DNA from: an uncultured Alphaproteobacteria bacterium
GTDB taxonomy: Bacteria > Pseudomonadota > Alphaproteobacteria > HIMB59 > GCA-002718135
NCBI GenBank assembly: GCA_902610845.1
Contig: CACLXJ010000003.1
Span: forward strand, 36,069-100,068
Length of the DNA: 64,000 bases
Direction: 5' to 3'
Made by a program: the position numbers and the translations under genes. Positions 10,968-21,247 of this stretch are shown piece after piece; within the stretch, counting starts at the first letter, position 1; each line of letters opens with the position of its first letter. The notes beneath the pieces are model-generated. The model was not told the DNA's origin, made no database searches, and worked only from the letters and a program-made list of their open reading frames with translations.

Positions 10968-11352
10968 AATTAAAGTATACTATGAAGATACTGATGCATC
11001 AGGCAGAGTTTATCATTCAAATTATTTAAAATATTTAGAAAGAGGTAGATCAGAATTCTTATATAAATTAGGTTATAATCATCAAAACTTGCTTCAATCA
11101 CTAAATTTTTACTTTGTAGTTAAACATATCGATATAGCTTATAAATTACCTGCATATTTTGAAGATATGTTAAATGTTGAAACAAAAATTCATATAATAT
11201 CAAAAGTAAAAATAATTTTTCATCAGTCTATATTTAGAGAAAAAGATTTATTAATTGATTCGAAGATTTTAATTACTCCTGTTAATGAAAATGGTAAAAT
11301 TGTAAAAATGTCTATTGAAATGCTTGAAAAATTACAATTAGCTAAAATCTAA
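10957..11352 (+). CDS. ybgC: YbgC-family acyl-CoA thioesterase
   Basis: VYYEDTDASGRVYHSNYLKYLERGR motif. Confidence 0.85.
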   Translation: MNYKIKVYYEDTDASGRVYHSNYLKYLERGRSEFLYKLGYNHQNLLQSLNFYFVVKHIDIAYKLPAYFEDMLNVETKIHIISKVKIIFHQSIFREKDLLIDSKILITPVNENGKIVKMSIEMLEKLQLAKI

Positions 11353-11398
11353 ATAAATTTATATTTTTTTATAAGCCTACAAATGATAAATAAAAAAT

Positions 11399-12235
11399 AT
11401 GGGAATTATAACTGACGTAATATTACCTCTTTCACTAGCTTTCATTATGTTTTCATTGGGTTTGGGATTAAATCTCAGTGATTTTACTAGAGTTTTTTTT
11501 AAACCAAGAGATTTTCTTACCGGATTATTTTTTCAAATTATTGTTCTTCCAATAGTTGCATTAATAATTGTTATGTTCTGGCCCTTATCTCCCGAGCTAG
11601 CTATTGGAGTGATGATTCTTGCAGCTGCACCTGGTGGTGTAACTAGCAATGTTTTAACATCATTTGCAAAAGGAAATATTGCTCTTTCAATATCTTTAAC
11701 TGCAATAAACAGTATTTTATGCGTAGTTACGGTTCCATTAATATTAATGATATCATTAAGTGTTCTTAACATGGGTAGTATTAATGAGGGGCAGTCATTA
11801 TTTAGTGTTGCGTCACAAATGTTTTTAATTGTTACAATACCAGTTATTGTTGGTGTTCTATTAAGTGGGGTATTATCTTCAATTGAAAAAATAGCAAAAA
11901 ATATATCGATAATTTTATTTATCTTAGTTCTTATTGGAGCAATATTATCTCAAAGAGACAATGTTATTTCTTACTTTGCGCAAGCAGGTTTGGTTATGTT
12001 ATTTTTAAACATTATAATGATAATTATTGTTTATTTATTATCTAATACTTTAAAATCATCAAAAGAAACATTCAGGTGTTGGTTGATGGAAGTTGGGTTA
12101 CAAAATGGAACTTTAGCAATTGTTGTAGCCAATACTTTCTTTGCAAGTACGGTTTATTTAATACCTGCAGCAATTTATAGTTTAATAATGTACGCTACTG
12201 CTCTTCCTTTAATATATTTTTTAAGAAGAAATTAA
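11399..12235 (+). CDS. bile acid:sodium symporter family transporter
   Basis: IMFSLGL, PGGVTSN and EVGLQN motifs. Confidence 0.9.
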   Translation: MGIITDVILPLSLAFIMFSLGLGLNLSDFTRVFFKPRDFLTGLFFQIIVLPIVALIIVMFWPLSPELAIGVMILAAAPGGVTSNVLTSFAKGNIALSISLTAINSILCVVTVPLILMISLSVLNMGSINEGQSLFSVASQMFLIVTIPVIVGVLLSGVLSSIEKIAKNISIILFILVLIGAILSQRDNVISYFAQAGLVMLFLNIIMIIIVYLLSNTLKSSKETFRCWLMEVGLQNGTLAIVVANTFFASTVYLIPAAIYSLIMYATALPLIYFLRRN

Positions 12236-13015
12236 GATTGGAAAAGTTTCACTATCTAAAACTTCATCATTTTTTAGATTAATATTTGGAAATGGGGGGG
12301 ACATTTCACCTTTCCTTTTAATATATCTTGCGTCATCACCAGTAAATCTTACTGAAAAAGCTCTTCTTCTATTTTTTGAATTATTGCCATAAGCAGCATG
12401 AATTGTTGCATAATTGAATGCTATTGCATCACCTACATCACATTTATATGAAATTATTTGATAACTGTCTCTATTAATTTCAATATCTGGGATTTTTTCG
12501 AATTCTTCATCTTTATGAACGTAATCATGTCCTTTAAACTTAGTAGGTAAAAATGTTTTATTCCATTTATGTGACCCTTCTATGAATTCCATTGATGAAT
12601 TAATATCAATTTTATCAAGTGGTATCCAAATACTGACATTATCTTTACCCTGAACACAATAATAACCTTGATCCTGATGCCATGGTGTTCTTTTCTTTGA
12701 TCCTATTTCTTTTATTAAAACATGTTCGTGAAATAGATTTACTTTTTTAGATTGCATTAATAACCCAGCAATTTTAGCAATATTAGAATTAAAAATAAAA
12801 TTTTTATATTCTTTTATTCTTTGCCAATTACAATAATCATCATAGAAAATATCTTTCCCATTAATTTCTTCATATACACATTTATATTTACTAGGATTTG
12901 CAAAATTACACTCAATTCCTTTTTTAAGTTCATCAATCCATTCTAAATCTATAAATTGTTTAAGTAACACAACTCCATTTTCTTGAAATTCATTAATTAT
13001 ATTTCTATCAATCAT
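12221..13015 (-). CDS. phytanoyl-CoA dioxygenase (PhyH) family Fe(II)/2-oxoglutarate dioxygenase
   Basis: PWHQD, distal His (TIHA) and RRRA motifs. Confidence 0.88.
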   Translation of the reverse strand: MIDRNIINEFQENGVVLLKQFIDLEWIDELKKGIECNFANPSKYKCVYEEINGKDIFYDDYCNWQRIKEYKNFIFNSNIAKIAGLLMQSKKVNLFHEHVLIKEIGSKKRTPWHQDQGYYCVQGKDNVSIWIPLDKIDINSSMEFIEGSHKWNKTFLPTKFKGHDYVHKDEEFEKIPDIEINRDSYQIISYKCDVGDAIAFNYATIHAAYGNNSKNRRRAFSVRFTGDDARYIKRKGEMSPPFPNINLKNDEVLDSETFPILISS

Positions 13016-13777
13016 TTAATCTTTAATTCTATATCCTTTTGAAAATGTATATGTAACAAATATTATACAACCAATTAAAATTGTTAGGATAGTTAATGTG
13101 CTCGTAAAAAGTGAAACATCAGAGACTTCATAAAAACTATACCTAAAACCACTTATCAAATACAATACTGGATTAAGTAATGAAATTTTCTGCCAAAACT
13201 CTGGAAGCATATTTATAGAGTAAAAACTTCCTCCTAAGAAAACTAATGGTGTAATTACTAGAATTGGGATAATCTGTAATCCCTCAAAACCCTCAGCGTA
13301 CATTCCTATTATAAAACCAAATAGAGCAAAAGTTATGGATGTTAGAATTAAAAAAAATATCATAAGAAGAGGGTGATCTATTCTCACATCTACAAACAAA
13401 TTGGCCGTTAGAATTATAACACATCCTATTATTAAAGATTTGGATGCTGCAGCTCCCACAAAACCAAGCACTATCTCAAATGATGATAATGGTGCAGCAA
13501 GTATTTCATAGATGGTATTTGTAAATCTTGGAAAATAGAAGGCAAAAGATGCATTTGAAATTGATTGGGTTAAGATAGTTAACATAATCATTCCAGGTAC
13601 AATATAAGAACCATAATTTATTCCATCTATCTCTGTAATTCTTGATCCAATTGCTGAACCAAAAACTACAAAGTAAAGAGAAGTTGTAATTATTGGTGAG
13701 GCAAGACTTTGAAATAAGGTTCTTCTAAACCTTTCCATTTCATGAATATATATTGCTTTAATTCCGTACCAATTCAT
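13016..13777 (-). CDS. ABC-2 type exporter permease (YadH-like)
   Basis: Six TM segments; YIVPG, FLGGSFY and NPVLYLISGFR motifs. Confidence 0.88.
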   Translation of the reverse strand: MNWYGIKAIYIHEMERFRRTLFQSLASPIITTSLYFVVFGSAIGSRITEIDGINYGSYIVPGMIMLTILTQSISNASFAFYFPRFTNTIYEILAAPLSSFEIVLGFVGAAASKSLIIGCVIILTANLFVDVRIDHPLLMIFFLILTSITFALFGFIIGMYAEGFEGLQIIPILVITPLVFLGGSFYSINMLPEFWQKISLLNPVLYLISGFRYSFYEVSDVSLFTSTLTILTILIGCIIFVTYTFSKGYRIKD

Positions 13778-14702
13778 TATTATTTTCTTTAATTAGTTTA
13801 ATAAATATTTCTTCCAGTGAACTTTGCTCAGTATTGATATCTTTTATTTCATAACCATCTTTTTTTACATCATTTAAAAGTTCAGTAATATCAGTTGTGT
13901 TTGAATTTAAATTATAGGTATGTGAAATAATTTTATTTGTTTGATCTAAAGTAAAATTATATTTTGATAAATTACCATTTATTTTTTCAATAGGATCAAC
14001 TAATTCAATTTTAATTGTTTTTTCTCCAAGTTTTTTAATTAATTTATCTTTGTCATCCACTAAAATTATTTTTCCATCGTTAATAACTGCCACTCTATCA
14101 CTTAACTCTTCAGCTTCTTCAATATAGTGTGTTGTTAAAATAATTGTTACTCCATCTTCATTTAATTTTTTAACAACATCCCACATATCTTTTCGTAATT
14201 CCACATCTACACTAGCTGTTGGTTCGTCTAAAAATAATAATTTAGGTTGGTGAGATAATGCTTTAGCTATTAGGACTCTTCTTTTCATTCCACCTGATAG
14301 TTCTTTAATTTTACTATCTTTTTTGTCCCATAAGGATAGTTGTTTTAAAAGTTTCTCTATATAATTGTGATCAGGTTTCTTACCAAAAAGACCTCTTGAG
14401 TAATTAACATTGTTCCAGACGGTTTCAAAAGATTCAAGATTTAATTCTTGAGGAACAATACCTGTCAATTTTCTAGTAGTTCGATAATTTTTAATAATAT
14501 CCATGTTATTTATTTTTATAGTTCCTGTATTGAAATTTACTATTCCACAAATTGAATTTATCAGTGTTGATTTTCCTGCACCATTTGGTCCAAGTAAAGC
14601 AAATATTTCTCCTTCTTTAATATTGAGATTTACATTTTCTAATGCTTTAACTGAATTTTTGTAAAATTTAGTTACATTATTTATCTCAAGTATATTTTTC
14701 AT
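13758..14702 (-). CDS. ABC transporter ATP-binding protein (YadG-like)
   Basis: GPNGAGKS, LSGGMKRR and FLDEPT motifs. Confidence 0.92.
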   Translation of the reverse strand: MKNILEINNVTKFYKNSVKALENVNLNIKEGEIFALLGPNGAGKSTLINSICGIVNFNTGTIKINNMDIIKNYRTTRKLTGIVPQELNLESFETVWNNVNYSRGLFGKKPDHNYIEKLLKQLSLWDKKDSKIKELSGGMKRRVLIAKALSHQPKLLFLDEPTASVDVELRKDMWDVVKKLNEDGVTIILTTHYIEEAEELSDRVAVINDGKIILVDDKDKLIKKLGEKTIKIELVDPIEKINGNLSKYNFTLDQTNKIISHTYNLNSNTTDITELLNDVKKDGYEIKDINTEQSSLEEIFIKLIKENNNELVRN

Positions 14703-14705
14703 AAT

Positions 14706-15884
14706 TTAAATTTTTGTAATAAGGTTCGGAATATTTTGTTTAAATTTGAAATAACCTTTTTTTGAAAAAATCCAACTACTAACATCGTATTTTCTATTAA
14801 AAATTATAAAATTAATAGACGGGTATTTTGTAATTATTTTTTTATAAATTTTTTTCCAATTTCCCTTAGTAATATAGGGTAAATATATTTCTTGAATTTT
14901 AAAATTTTTTATCCATTTATCTAAATTTTCAAAATAACTTTCAAATTCAATATCAATTTTAGTATTTTTATAAAAATCATCATCATTAAAACATGAAATA
15001 CAAATACTTCTTATATGTTTTATTATTTTTTCGGAATAATTGTGATCATTATAATCTTCAAGTGGTAAACCTGTAAAGACATTCACTTTTTTATGATTTA
15101 AATCTTTTAGAATATTTAACTCATCAGTTGGTATTAAAATATATTTTATCTCTTCTAAATTATAATCAGAATTCAAATGTAGTTCCCTTACATTATAAAT
15201 TTTTTCTTCAACTAATGGATTTACATTCTCATTTAAAATTTCATTACTAGATATTTTAATATTACTATATTTCTCTATATTACTTTTTCTTGCTAAATAA
15301 TTTTTCCCTTTAGTGTGTATACCAGCAACCCATCTCCATGATAAAGTATTAGAAGCTGGATCACCATCCAATAAATGTTGCATAAAAAAATCAGCTCCAA
15401 GTTGCCAGGGTAAATTAAGAGTAAAAACCCAAATTGAGGAAAACCACATTCTTACATGGTTATGTAAGTATCCATTCTCTTTAAGATTATTTACCCAATT
15501 ATTAAAAAATGAGAGATTTGTATTTCCAGAAATTGCATTTAAATAAAATTTTTTATTACCAAATTTTTCAATTAATTTATTTCTATCTTCTAAATAATCA
15601 GAATAAACCGATGGCCTATGTTCAAGCCAACCTTTCCAATACGTTCTCCAATAAATTTCTTGGATAAATTTTTCACAATCTCTAAGTTCATATTTTTCTA
15701 AGACTTTTTTAATAACTTGTTCTTCGGAAATTAGTCTATATCTTATGAAGGGAGATAATAATGATGTAGTTTTATTATTATTTCTATCTTCGCTAAAATT
15801 TCTATTTTTTTCATAATATTTTCCTGTTTTGGGTAAATAGGATAAGAGTTGCTTCTCAGCAAAGCTGATATTTGATTCAAACAT
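14706..15884 (-). CDS. photolyase-family protein with N-terminal FAD-binding domain (inverted-domain, NewPHL-like)
   Basis: TSLLSPFIRY, FIQEIYWR, YLHNHVRMW and LLDGDPASNTLSWRWVAG motifs all lie in the N-terminal half of a 392 aa protein. Confidence 0.8.
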   Translation of the reverse strand: MFESNISFAEKQLLSYLPKTGKYYEKNRNFSEDRNNNKTTSLLSPFIRYRLISEEQVIKKVLEKYELRDCEKFIQEIYWRTYWKGWLEHRPSVYSDYLEDRNKLIEKFGNKKFYLNAISGNTNLSFFNNWVNNLKENGYLHNHVRMWFSSIWVFTLNLPWQLGADFFMQHLLDGDPASNTLSWRWVAGIHTKGKNYLARKSNIEKYSNIKISSNEILNENVNPLVEEKIYNVRELHLNSDYNLEEIKYILIPTDELNILKDLNHKKVNVFTGLPLEDYNDHNYSEKIIKHIRSICISCFNDDDFYKNTKIDIEFESYFENLDKWIKNFKIQEIYLPYITKGNWKKIYKKIITKYPSINFIIFNRKYDVSSWIFSKKGYFKFKQNIPNLITKI

Positions 15885-15895
15885 AATGGAATTAT

Positions 15896-16282
15896 TTAAT
15901 CGTCAGATAATTTCTTAGAACGTCTATTGAGTATATCCATATGACGAACTCTTAAAACCACAATTGCAATTGCTATAATCAAAATTGCTACAGACTCATA
16001 TACATAAGCTGAGGGATCAACATCTTTTCTCTGCATAATTATCATTCTTGCAAGAGCTGTCATTGCTATAAACAGTGGATAGCTCATTCTTATTACTTTT
16101 GAAATCCAATATTCTTTAATCATTCCAATTATTTCTATGTAAATAAATAATAAAAGAATATCTGCTAGTGTAACTCTATAAACGAGAAACATACCTTGTA
16201 TTTCCATTCCAATAGCAATTATTGTACAAACGATTAGAACTGAAAGGACAATTTTCTCTAATAATTCAAAATAAGTATTCAT
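15896..16282 (-). CDS. PsiE family membrane protein
   Basis: LADILLLFIYIE and PLFIAMTALAR motifs. Confidence 0.8.
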   Translation of the reverse strand: MNTYFELLEKIVLSVLIVCTIIAIGMEIQGMFLVYRVTLADILLLFIYIEIIGMIKEYWISKVIRMSYPLFIAMTALARMIIMQRKDVDPSAYVYESVAILIIAIAIVVLRVRHMDILNRRSKKLSDD

Positions 16283-16645
16283 TTATATTCTTTCTATTTT
16301 ATTTAGCTGATTCTTGTTTTTGTAAAATAGAATTAGTGCAAAAACTTCATATAAAAACCACGAAACGTGATAAATTATAGGTTTTCTTATTATTTGAGCC
16401 AAAAAACTGTATCTTGGAATTTCTGACCACATTTCAATAAATGCGTCAACACCACTATAAACTTTATTATCTTTGATAGTATGTAAGCGTCTCAGCAATT
16501 CTTTAGCATTTTTATTAGTATCTTTTTTTGATTTTTTCTCTGTACTAATATCAATCCATTCAAGACTATTTTCTTGTTTTTTGTAATGGTTTATCTCAAA
16601 TCTACAAATGCTGCATGAATTATTAAAATAAACTTTAGTTGCCAT
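16283..16645 (-). CDS. DUF393 / DCC1-like thiol-disulfide oxidoreductase
   Basis: N-terminal CSIC, plus RLH and GVDAF motifs. Confidence 0.8.
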   Translation of the reverse strand: MATKVYFNNSCSICRFEINHYKKQENSLEWIDISTEKKSKKDTNKNAKELLRRLHTIKDNKVYSGVDAFIEMWSEIPRYSFLAQIIRKPIIYHVSWFLYEVFALILFYKNKNQLNKIERI

Positions 16646-16659
16646 AAAAGAAAAATAAT

Positions 16660-17454
16660 TTAAATAAATTGAAATTCAATATCCTCTAATTGCTCAAATC
16701 GAGCTTTTATATGATTACCAGAGTAAATTTTTGATGGTTTTGTACATGAACCAGAAGAAATAAATTGACCTTTAAGTAATGTCTCACCTTTTTTTGCCAG
16801 ATTATTAATTAACCATAAAGCAGCATTTAAAGGATTATTTAAAACATTTTTAGTATTTCCTGAGTCCATTATTTTGTTATCTATATATAAAGTAACTTCA
16901 AGATCATTGAGATTGACATCGTTAATATTATATATTTTTTCATTACGTAACCAAAATTCAGATGCTCCATTTGTCGAGATAACATTTCTTGCGCCAATTT
17001 CCGGTAAAGGTTTTGCAAATCTAAAATCGTTAATTTCAATTGAGCATACTAATCCATCTAATAATAATTCTATATCGTCTATAGAGTAGGGTGCCTTTGA
17101 GATATCTATATCTTCTTTAATTCTAAAACTTATCTCTGGTTCAGCATATGGTTCAAAAAAATTTTTAGCATTTAACTTGTTTGCATTAACTAAACAGTAT
17201 CTGCTGTATAAATTTCCATAAAAAGGTTCGCTCATATTTAAAACTTGTTGTGCTGTTAGAGATGTGGCGCCAATTTTTTTTCCAATACAAATATTATTTT
17301 TCAGTTCTAAGTATCTAAGTTTTAAATTATCTTGAATTGCATAAGCTTCATCAATTGTTTTAGGTTCTAGATTTTTTAAAGAACTTAAGCCAGTTTTATT
17401 TAATCTATGTTCAAATAAAATTTTTGAAGCTTCTTGAATATCTTCTTTATTCAT
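16660..17454 (-). CDS. fumarylacetoacetate hydrolase family, 2-keto-4-pentenoate hydratase-like
   Basis: AYAIQ, GKKIGATS, EPEI, NPLNA and SSGS motifs. Confidence 0.8.
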   Translation of the reverse strand: MNKEDIQEASKILFEHRLNKTGLSSLKNLEPKTIDEAYAIQDNLKLRYLELKNNICIGKKIGATSLTAQQVLNMSEPFYGNLYSRYCLVNANKLNAKNFFEPYAEPEISFRIKEDIDISKAPYSIDDIELLLDGLVCSIEINDFRFAKPLPEIGARNVISTNGASEFWLRNEKIYNINDVNLNDLEVTLYIDNKIMDSGNTKNVLNNPLNAALWLINNLAKKGETLLKGQFISSGSCTKPSKIYSGNHIKARFEQLEDIEFQFI

Positions 17455-18164
17455 ACTTTAATTGCGTAATTATTAATTTCTTCATATATGTCTAAACATT
17501 GTTTATAAATATTTTCATAAGTTTTAGGTACAATATATTCTTTAGTATTTTTGGTGTTAAAAGTAGTAGAGGAAATTACATCTTGATACCAAACTTTAGA
17601 CCAAATGCCATCGGTATCTCTATAACCTTTTGGCCAATTAAGCATGTTTTGGTCAAAATCTAAATTTAATTTTTGACACAAAATTTTTAAATACTTTTCA
17701 GGATTTTCTAATAAATAATCAGAGTTTATTATTATAGGATCTTTTGAATTTAATTTTTTAAAAATTTCATAAAGTTTTTTAAAACCTACATCTTGAATTG
17801 ATTGTAAAGTATTTTTTTTTAAATACGAGACAATTACTTTAGCAGGATCACGGATCAAAAAGCAATTTATACCTTTATCGATCCAATCTAAACGTGTTTC
17901 ATCTAAAATATGATGAGTCATATGTTTTTGGTAAAATATTTGATAATTATCATCATCTTTAGTAATTAATTTAATTACCTCATCTTCATTGGTGTGATAG
18001 TGATTTATAATTTCATCTCTCATTGGATGATTTAAGTTAGTTCTTTTTAAATAATATGCATAAAAAGGTTCATCGTAAACTTTTGTGTCCTTTCTATTTT
18101 CAAAGGATCGCATCAATGCAGTACTAATATTTCTAGGTCCAGACCAAACAAATAAATTAATCAT
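17451..18164 (-). CDS. sulfotransferase-like P-loop protein (type associated with class IV aminotransferases)
   Basis: WSGPRNISTALMRSF, DEPFY, QKHMTHH and LIRDP motifs. Confidence 0.8.
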   Translation of the reverse strand: MINLFVWSGPRNISTALMRSFENRKDTKVYDEPFYAYYLKRTNLNHPMRDEIINHYHTNEDEVIKLITKDDDNYQIFYQKHMTHHILDETRLDWIDKGINCFLIRDPAKVIVSYLKKNTLQSIQDVGFKKLYEIFKKLNSKDPIIINSDYLLENPEKYLKILCQKLNLDFDQNMLNWPKGYRDTDGIWSKVWYQDVISSTTFNTKNTKEYIVPKTYENIYKQCLDIYEEINNYAIKV

Positions 18165-19055
18165 TTAAAATAAGTTATTATAAAAATTAGTTAATTCTTT
18201 AGTAATAGGATTTTTCTTTAATGAGTATTTTTTCTTATTTATCTGATTTACCGGAACAATTCCTGCAAAAGATCCAGTACAAAATGCTTCATCTGCATTT
18301 AATACTTCGTTTAATTTAAAATTCCTTTCTTTTACTTTTATTTTATTTTTTTTACATAGATCTATAATTTTCTGTCTTGTAATTCCTGTAACACAATATT
18401 TCCCTGTTGAGGTAAAAACAGTATTGTTTTTTACAAAGAAGAAATGCGTACTATTATTTGTTGCGACATTTCCGTTAATATCAAACATTAGTGCTTCATC
18501 AGCATTTTTTTTATTAGCTTCAATACATGCAAGTATACAATTTAATTTACTAAGAGAATTTATTTGTGGATTTTGAACATTAATTGGCCCCCTAATAGTT
18601 TTTACTGTAACCAATTTTAATCCTTTCTTATATGCTTTAATATCTGGTTTTTTATATTCAGGGATTATGATTATGGTTGGTTTGGATATTGTAACTTTAG
18701 GTGATTGATAAGGTGTAGATTTAATGCCTCTAGAAACAATTATTCTTAAATGAACATCTGTTTTCATTTTATTTATTTGGATAGTTTTTATTAGTGCTTC
18801 TGAAAGTTTTTTACGGGTTAAATGTATTTTTAAGTCAATAAGCTTTGCATCTTTGTATAGCCTATCTAGATGTTCTTTTAGAAAAATGAAATTATCATTA
18901 TGATATCTTAATGAATCCCAGATACCATCCCCAAGCATTGTTGAGGAATCAAAAACTGATATTTTGGCATCTTTTCTTTTATAAAATTTTCCGTTTATAT
19001 AAATTTTAATATTTTTATTTCTTTTATCATCTACAAAATCATGACTTGAAACCAT
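18165..19055 (-). CDS. aminotransferase class IV (BCAT/D-amino acid aminotransferase-like)
   Basis: GDGIW, HLDRL, GITRQ and ADEAF motifs. Confidence 0.88.
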   Translation of the reverse strand: MVSSHDFVDDKRNKNIKIYINGKFYKRKDAKISVFDSSTMLGDGIWDSLRYHNDNFIFLKEHLDRLYKDAKLIDLKIHLTRKKLSEALIKTIQINKMKTDVHLRIIVSRGIKSTPYQSPKVTISKPTIIIIPEYKKPDIKAYKKGLKLVTVKTIRGPINVQNPQINSLSKLNCILACIEANKKNADEALMFDINGNVATNNSTHFFFVKNNTVFTSTGKYCVTGITRQKIIDLCKKNKIKVKERNFKLNEVLNADEAFCTGSFAGIVPVNQINKKKYSLKKNPITKELTNFYNNLF

Positions 19056-19173
19056 AATTATTTTTATCTTAATAGCAAATATTGTCTACTTATTAATTTT
19101 ATTAACTTTTATTGCAAATCAAAGTGTGACATGTGATCAAATTAATATAACCAATTAGAAATTATCTTTTGTA

Positions 19174-20334
19174 ATGTTTAATAAAAATTTTATTGTTATT
19201 TGTATATCTTCTACAATTGCAGCTTTTCCACCTATGGCTGTAGTTTTATTAGGTGGAATAATTACATCCCAGATAATGATGAAAGATTCATTAGCAACAG
19301 TGCCAATGACATTAATGATTATAGGTATAGCAATAAGTGCACCTATTGCTTCAAGGTTTATGAGCATCTGGGGGAGACAGAAAGGATTTTTATTTTCATC
19401 TCTTTTAAGTTGCTTAGCTCTAATTATTTGTTCAATTGCAATTTATTTGGAAAATTTTTTTATTTTTGCATTAGGTAATTTTTTAATTGGTAGCTCACAA
19501 GCTTTTATTCATCAGTATCGATTTGCTGCATCGGAGTCAGTTGCCAAAGAACTTATTCCAAGATCTATCTCAATTATATTATTATTGGGTATAATCTCTG
19601 CATTACTTTCTTCTAATTTTGCAGAATATTTTAAAGATTTTTTTCCAAGTAATTTATTTCTTGGTAGTTATATTTTCTTATCTTTTACAGCAATCATTCC
19701 TTTCTTTGTTCTTCTTTTTTATGAGGAAACAAAAACTTCTAATAATCAAAGTAAATTTGAAATTGAAACTATTTTCAAACTTTTAAAAAATATTAAAATT
19801 ATACAATCAATTGTAAGCGCCGGTCTTGGTTATTTTACAATGGCTATAATTATGACTGCTACTCCTTTACATATGCATCTTGTTAATAAATTTACTTTAT
19901 TTGAAACGAGTATCGTAATTCAACTTCACGTTATTGGTATGTTTTTACCCTCTCTATTTTCTGGAGATTTAATTAAAAAGTTTGGAAATACCAATATTAT
20001 ATATGCAGGAGTAGTTATTTTGTTTTTAAGTATATTAACTAATACATTCTTTGATTTTTATTATTCTTATATGCTAGGTTTAATATTACTTGGTGTTGGC
20101 TGGAATTTTTTATTTGTCTCAGGCTCAAGTTTGTTGGTTGTTTCTTACGAAGAAAAGGATAAATTTACAGCACAAGGTTTAAATGATTTTATTGTTTTTT
20201 CTACTCAAGGTGTAGGATCATTATCTGCCGGTTTTCTATTATATTTTTCAAATTGGACTGTTATAAATCTTTTATGTGTTCCACTTTTAATTATTGTTTT
20301 AATAGTTTCTTTTTTTGCATCAAGAAATAATTAA
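19174..20334 (+). CDS. MFS transporter
   Basis: About 12 TM segments; YRFAA, HVIGMFLPS and GVGWNF motifs. Confidence 0.85.
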   Translation: MFNKNFIVICISSTIAAFPPMAVVLLGGIITSQIMMKDSLATVPMTLMIIGIAISAPIASRFMSIWGRQKGFLFSSLLSCLALIICSIAIYLENFFIFALGNFLIGSSQAFIHQYRFAASESVAKELIPRSISIILLLGIISALLSSNFAEYFKDFFPSNLFLGSYIFLSFTAIIPFFVLLFYEETKTSNNQSKFEIETIFKLLKNIKIIQSIVSAGLGYFTMAIIMTATPLHMHLVNKFTLFETSIVIQLHVIGMFLPSLFSGDLIKKFGNTNIIYAGVVILFLSILTNTFFDFYYSYMLGLILLGVGWNFLFVSGSSLLVVSYEEKDKFTAQGLNDFIVFSTQGVGSLSAGFLLYFSNWTVINLLCVPLLIIVLIVSFFASRNN

Positions 20335-20383
20335 ATTTGATAATTCACTTTTAAATAATAATTTTTTCACTATAGTTATTTTC

Positions 20384-21244
20384 ATGAGCAATGTGGGATT
20401 TATAGGTGTAGGCTATATGGGCTATGGTATGGCAAAAAACTTATTAAAAAAACATAATGTATTTATATTTGCTCATAAAAATAGAAAACCTATAAACAAA
20501 TTAAAAAAAATTGGGGCAAAAGAATTAAAGTCATATAATAAAATAAAAAAACAAAAACTTGATTGTTTAATGATATGTGTAACAAACACACCTGTTGCTA
20601 TAAATGTTGCAAACAAAATTAAAGAACAACTTGAAACTAAAACACTTGTAATAGATTTAACAACACATAATAAAAATGGTGCTTTTAAAATGGACAAAAT
20701 TTTTAAATCAAAAAAAATAAGTTATAATTTTTGTGGAGTTATGGGTGGCCCAGTTCAAAGTGAACAGGGTATATTAGGTGGTATTTATGGTGGTAAAAAA
20801 AATAATTTTTTAAAATGTAAAAAATACCTTAATTCTTTTTGTAAGTCAGTTTTTAATTTTGGAGATGTGTCAAAGGCATCTTCTGCAAAATTATTATCTA
20901 ACTTTTTATCATTAATGACTACCACTAGTGTCATTGAATTTTTTAAGTCTGCTAAAAAATTAGACATTAATATTAAGCTCTTATGTGACGTTGCTAGATT
21001 GGGTTCTGGAAATTCAGGAGCTTTAGATAGAATTGCAGATAAAGCTATAAAAGGTAATTACAAAGGGTATGTTTTTTCTGTAGATAATACATACAAAGAT
21101 TTGAATTATATTAATGACCTTGTTTCAGATTTACCGAATGCTAACAAACTCTCAAAAATGGCAAAATCATTTTACAAACAAGCTTCAAAAAAAGGATATG
21201 GCAATTTACTTGTTAGCGAACTTATTGATAAGGAAAAATATTAA
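20384..21244 (+). CDS. NAD(P)-dependent beta-hydroxyacid dehydrogenase (3-hydroxyisobutyrate dehydrogenase family)
   Basis: GFIGVGYMG Rossmann motif, VMGG, KLLSN and KDL; start moved to ATG at 20384. Confidence 0.85.
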   Translation: MSNVGFIGVGYMGYGMAKNLLKKHNVFIFAHKNRKPINKLKKIGAKELKSYNKIKKQKLDCLMICVTNTPVAINVANKIKEQLETKTLVIDLTTHNKNGAFKMDKIFKSKKISYNFCGVMGGPVQSEQGILGGIYGGKKNNFLKCKKYLNSFCKSVFNFGDVSKASSAKLLSNFLSLMTTTSVIEFFKSAKKLDINIKLLCDVARLGSGNSGALDRIADKAIKGNYKGYVFSVDNTYKDLNYINDLVSDLPNANKLSKMAKSFYKQASKKGYGNLLVSELIDKEKY

Positions 21245-21247
21245 TAA

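Noticed and set aside
19122..19142. Crp/Fnr-like site TGTGACATGTGATCAA in a divergent promoter
   Set aside because: Half-site spacing does not fit either consensus
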